From assembly GCA_905178155.1 (NCBI GenBank), contig CAJINV010000011.1, positions 431,914-495,913 of the forward strand: DNA of 64,000 nt, read 5' to 3'. Position numbers and translations under genes: made by a program. Of the stretch, positions 61,363 to 64,000 are shown piece after piece. Source of the stretch: Amoebophrya sp. A120 (taxonomy: Eukaryota > Protista > Dinoflagellata). Each line of letters opens with the position of its first letter. Positions within the stretch are counted from its first letter, which is position 1. Below the pieces are notes generated by a model. It was not told where the DNA came from, searched no databases, and saw nothing but the letters and a program-made list of their open reading frames with translations.

Positions 61363-63936
61363 TCATGCGGTTAGCCCGAGCCTCAGCAAGGCCTCCTGGT
61401 CCTTTTGCCGGTCTTCGTCCGTGTACCCAAATAGCGGTGGGTCATCGAGTCGCCTTTGCATATCCATTGCAAAAGTATCGCACTCGTGCTAATGCAATCG
61501 CAGCTGCGCATTACAAATCAGGTTGTCACGGTAAAAAAATCCGCACTACAAATTGAATTTGTAATGCTGAGCCGATTTGTACTTTGCAATTTATGATGGT
61601 GGTGCGATACTTTTGCAATGCATATTGCAGTTCGCTCTGCAACCTCCGTCGCTGGATAATTTTGCAGGGACCCGCCGAGCACATGTTGGACAAGGAGTTC
61701 TGCCGGCTTCGCGACTTGTTGTCAAAATTGTCGTTATCCTCGTCGGACGTGCTGATCTGGTCGAGAAAGTCGTCGTGGTCTTGCGGGTAGAGTAGTCCTC
61801 TCGTACTTAACATGGAAGGAGGATTCAAATCAAGCCCCGCCCCTTGTTGTGCACCTGCTCGTGGCGGCTTTTTTATATCGTCCCAGCGCACGGACTTCTT
61901 AGTGCTCGACGTAGTCCCTCCACCTGCGACCAAATCTACTTCCTGTGATGCCGGAAAGAAGGCGGAGCCACCTCCTGCGTAATTCGTCTTGCTGCCCAAC
62001 CTTGACCCGGCTGCGGAGACCGAAACTGATGCCGTGGTTGATGCTGCGGTAGAGGCTAAACTCTCTTCCGAAAAGGAACTGCCAATCACGCGCGGCGACG
62101 CACCAGGATGACCAGCTGCTCCTGCTCTCGGAAATGAACCGAAGCCAGACCTGCTCTTGCTCGGGAGGGATCTGGAAAAAGCTCCGCCGGATATCCAACA
62201 AAAAAAGATTGTAGGTGTAACTTTTTTGGCGGATCAGCATTACAAGCCTGGCTGGCATGAGAGCAGAAACCTGTCATGCGCAGATAGCAGGCCAAAACGC
62301 GCGTGAACGGACCCTGCAATGCATATCCAGCATGACAGACGCAATCATCCTACGTGTTGCGCATCACAAACTTACAGCTAACAATGTTTTTTTCCTGCAT
62401 ATCGGAGTTGTGACCACCGCCATTATTGCTGTCGTTGGAATTCCTTCTCCCGAACGAGCCACTGTTCCCACCACCAGAAGAACCTCCACCGAAGGACCCC
62501 GATCCACCTCCGAAGGAGCCGTTTGCCGACCCTGGCCCTCCTGGTCCGCCGCCCCCGCTCATGGGGTCGTCTGGGTCCGAAGAATCGGTCCTTCTCCGGG
62601 GTGGTTGCTTTTCTTTCTCCTCCGCTACCGTGGTGACCCCGAAGTTCTTATACGCCTCCGGCGTGGGAAATATCCGCCGGTCGATGATTTTGTAGCAGGT
62701 AACCTCCTGCGAGTCCGTGTGGTCCACGTCCACCGGGTAGCTGGCCAGGCGAGGCCCAAAGTTGCGCTCGAACAGCAGCTTCAAGGCCTTCCCACCGAGT
62801 TTTACCTCCATCGAGGAGTCGCACTTCAGCCACGAGCGACCTGAGGTGTATTGGTCGTTGTGATTTTTGATTTTCAAAATGAACAGGTGAATATCTTCTA
62901 CTAGCAGAAGTGCTCGGCTGAGATCCTTTGTGTTGTACCGCTACGTTGTACCAGCACGGCGAATTATCCCGCGCTATAATAAAACCAAGTCCATGTTCAG
63001 TACCGAGCTTCGTATCTTTACTGCCCATGGATCGCACCCGGCTGTCTTCCGACTTCAGCCCGTTCCGCTGTCTCGGCGAGGCCAGCACGCCAGTACCTTT
63101 CGACAGCAAATCCCGCAGTTGGTCCTCCTGCAGAGTCCGGTGGGCAAAGCTCTCCGTCACCTGCATTTTGGTTGCCGACGGAAAGACGCCGATGCTCATC
63201 GCCCGCACATTCCGGTGCTGGCGCGACTGTGCTAGCTTTTCCAGCTTCACGCGGCGCCAGTACCGCGCGTCGTTCTGATGTGCCGCTTTTGCTTTATTTT
63301 CCTGTCTATGAAATGCAAAAGCATCCTATCGTACTCGTATAAATGCATTACAAATTTACTCAGCATGTGAAATATAATTTGTCATGCTGATTTGCCTTGG
63401 GAACAAGATTTGTAATGCAAGACTTGCATTTATACGAGTACGATACTTTTGCACAGGATACTGTCCGGTGGCCGCGGCCACGGCGCGGTCGGCCCCGCCA
63501 GTCGTCTCTAGAGTCTGGGAAGATGCCATATGGTATTGAAAAACCTCCCCACCTTATACTGTAGTTGTAATGCAACTCTGCATGCTGAAAATCTTTCTCA
63601 TGCGGAGCCCCATGAGAAGCATTTTACAGCTGCGCTCTGGAATTTGCCATGCTCCAATCAGCATGATGTGCGAGATCTGTGATGCTACAGGGCTAACTCA
63701 AACAGGACTACTCTACGTGTCCAAACTTGTCATGCAAAACAGCCAAAACTCGTGGATTTGTCTAGCCGATTCCCCATCTTGACTATGGAGTGGGGACGTT
63801 TTTACATAGGATATGCCAGCGCCTTGCCGTAGCTGTCCTCAACTTCGACGGTCAGAAAGTCCCCGACCTTCAGCCTGGCTCCCTCCTGATACGCCACCTC
63901 ACGGGGCAGGCTATCGGTGTGATGCTGATGAATACC
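61363..63936 (-). CDS. Hypothetical protein, 3' part (5' exons beyond the right edge)
   Basis: Exons join via 4 introners (ALA|SSQ, TGQ|ENK, NSD|GAF, ELQ|RRL) to the stop at 61363. One frame change near 62880-62950 is unresolved. Confidence 0.6.
61461..61624. mobile_element. Introner F4
   Basis: TIR, direct repeat TTGCA. Confidence 0.9.
62192..62401. mobile_element. Introner F5
   Basis: TIR, direct repeat CCGGA/TCGGA. Confidence 0.82.
63307..63460. mobile_element. Introner F4
   Basis: TIR, direct repeat CTGTC. Confidence 0.9.
63529..63813. mobile_element. Introner F3
   Basis: TIR, direct repeat TGCCA. Confidence 0.87.
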
Positions 63937-64000
63937 TGAAGATTCAAATAGAATAAATATCGGGCGATTTTGAATTCAAAAAGGAGGTGCGTAAAAACGT

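Noticed and set aside
1165-63813. CRISPR-like repeat/spacer array
   Set aside because: The repeats are inverted pairs dispersed inside eukaryotic genes, not direct repeats with uniform spacers, and there are no cas genes.
1-64000. Autonomous transposase or reverse transcriptase mobilising the elements
   Set aside because: No DDE, RT or tyrosine-recombinase motifs recognised in any ORF. All elements are under 400 bp.

Overview
Eukaryotic, gene-dense window. All ten supportable protein genes lie on the minus strand. The dominant signal is 36 short (151-383 bp) elements from at least 7 families. Each is bounded TA...TA, has terminal inverted repeats (TIRs) and is flanked by a 5-bp direct repeat (28 perfect, 8 degenerate). 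35 sit inside coding sequence, and removing the element plus 5 nt rejoined the flanking reading frames in every case I translated by hand. They therefore behave as non-canonical, transposon-derived introns (introners) alongside ordinary GT-AG introns. Together with the unidirectional gene array, this matches what is known for the parasitic dinoflagellate Amoebophrya; the host identity is inference. The reconstructed genes are: a >3,500-aa orphan, an FkbM methyltransferase, a GT1+GT32+GT47 glycosyltransferase fusion, a GRF-finger calpain with SIM/UIM/VIM-like motifs, a BMT5-like/C2H2 protein, an ankyrin-MYND protein, a multi-ubiquitin-like protein and three hypotheticals. Three GC-rich non-coding islands separate gene blocks. 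All gene models are hand-built without transcript data.
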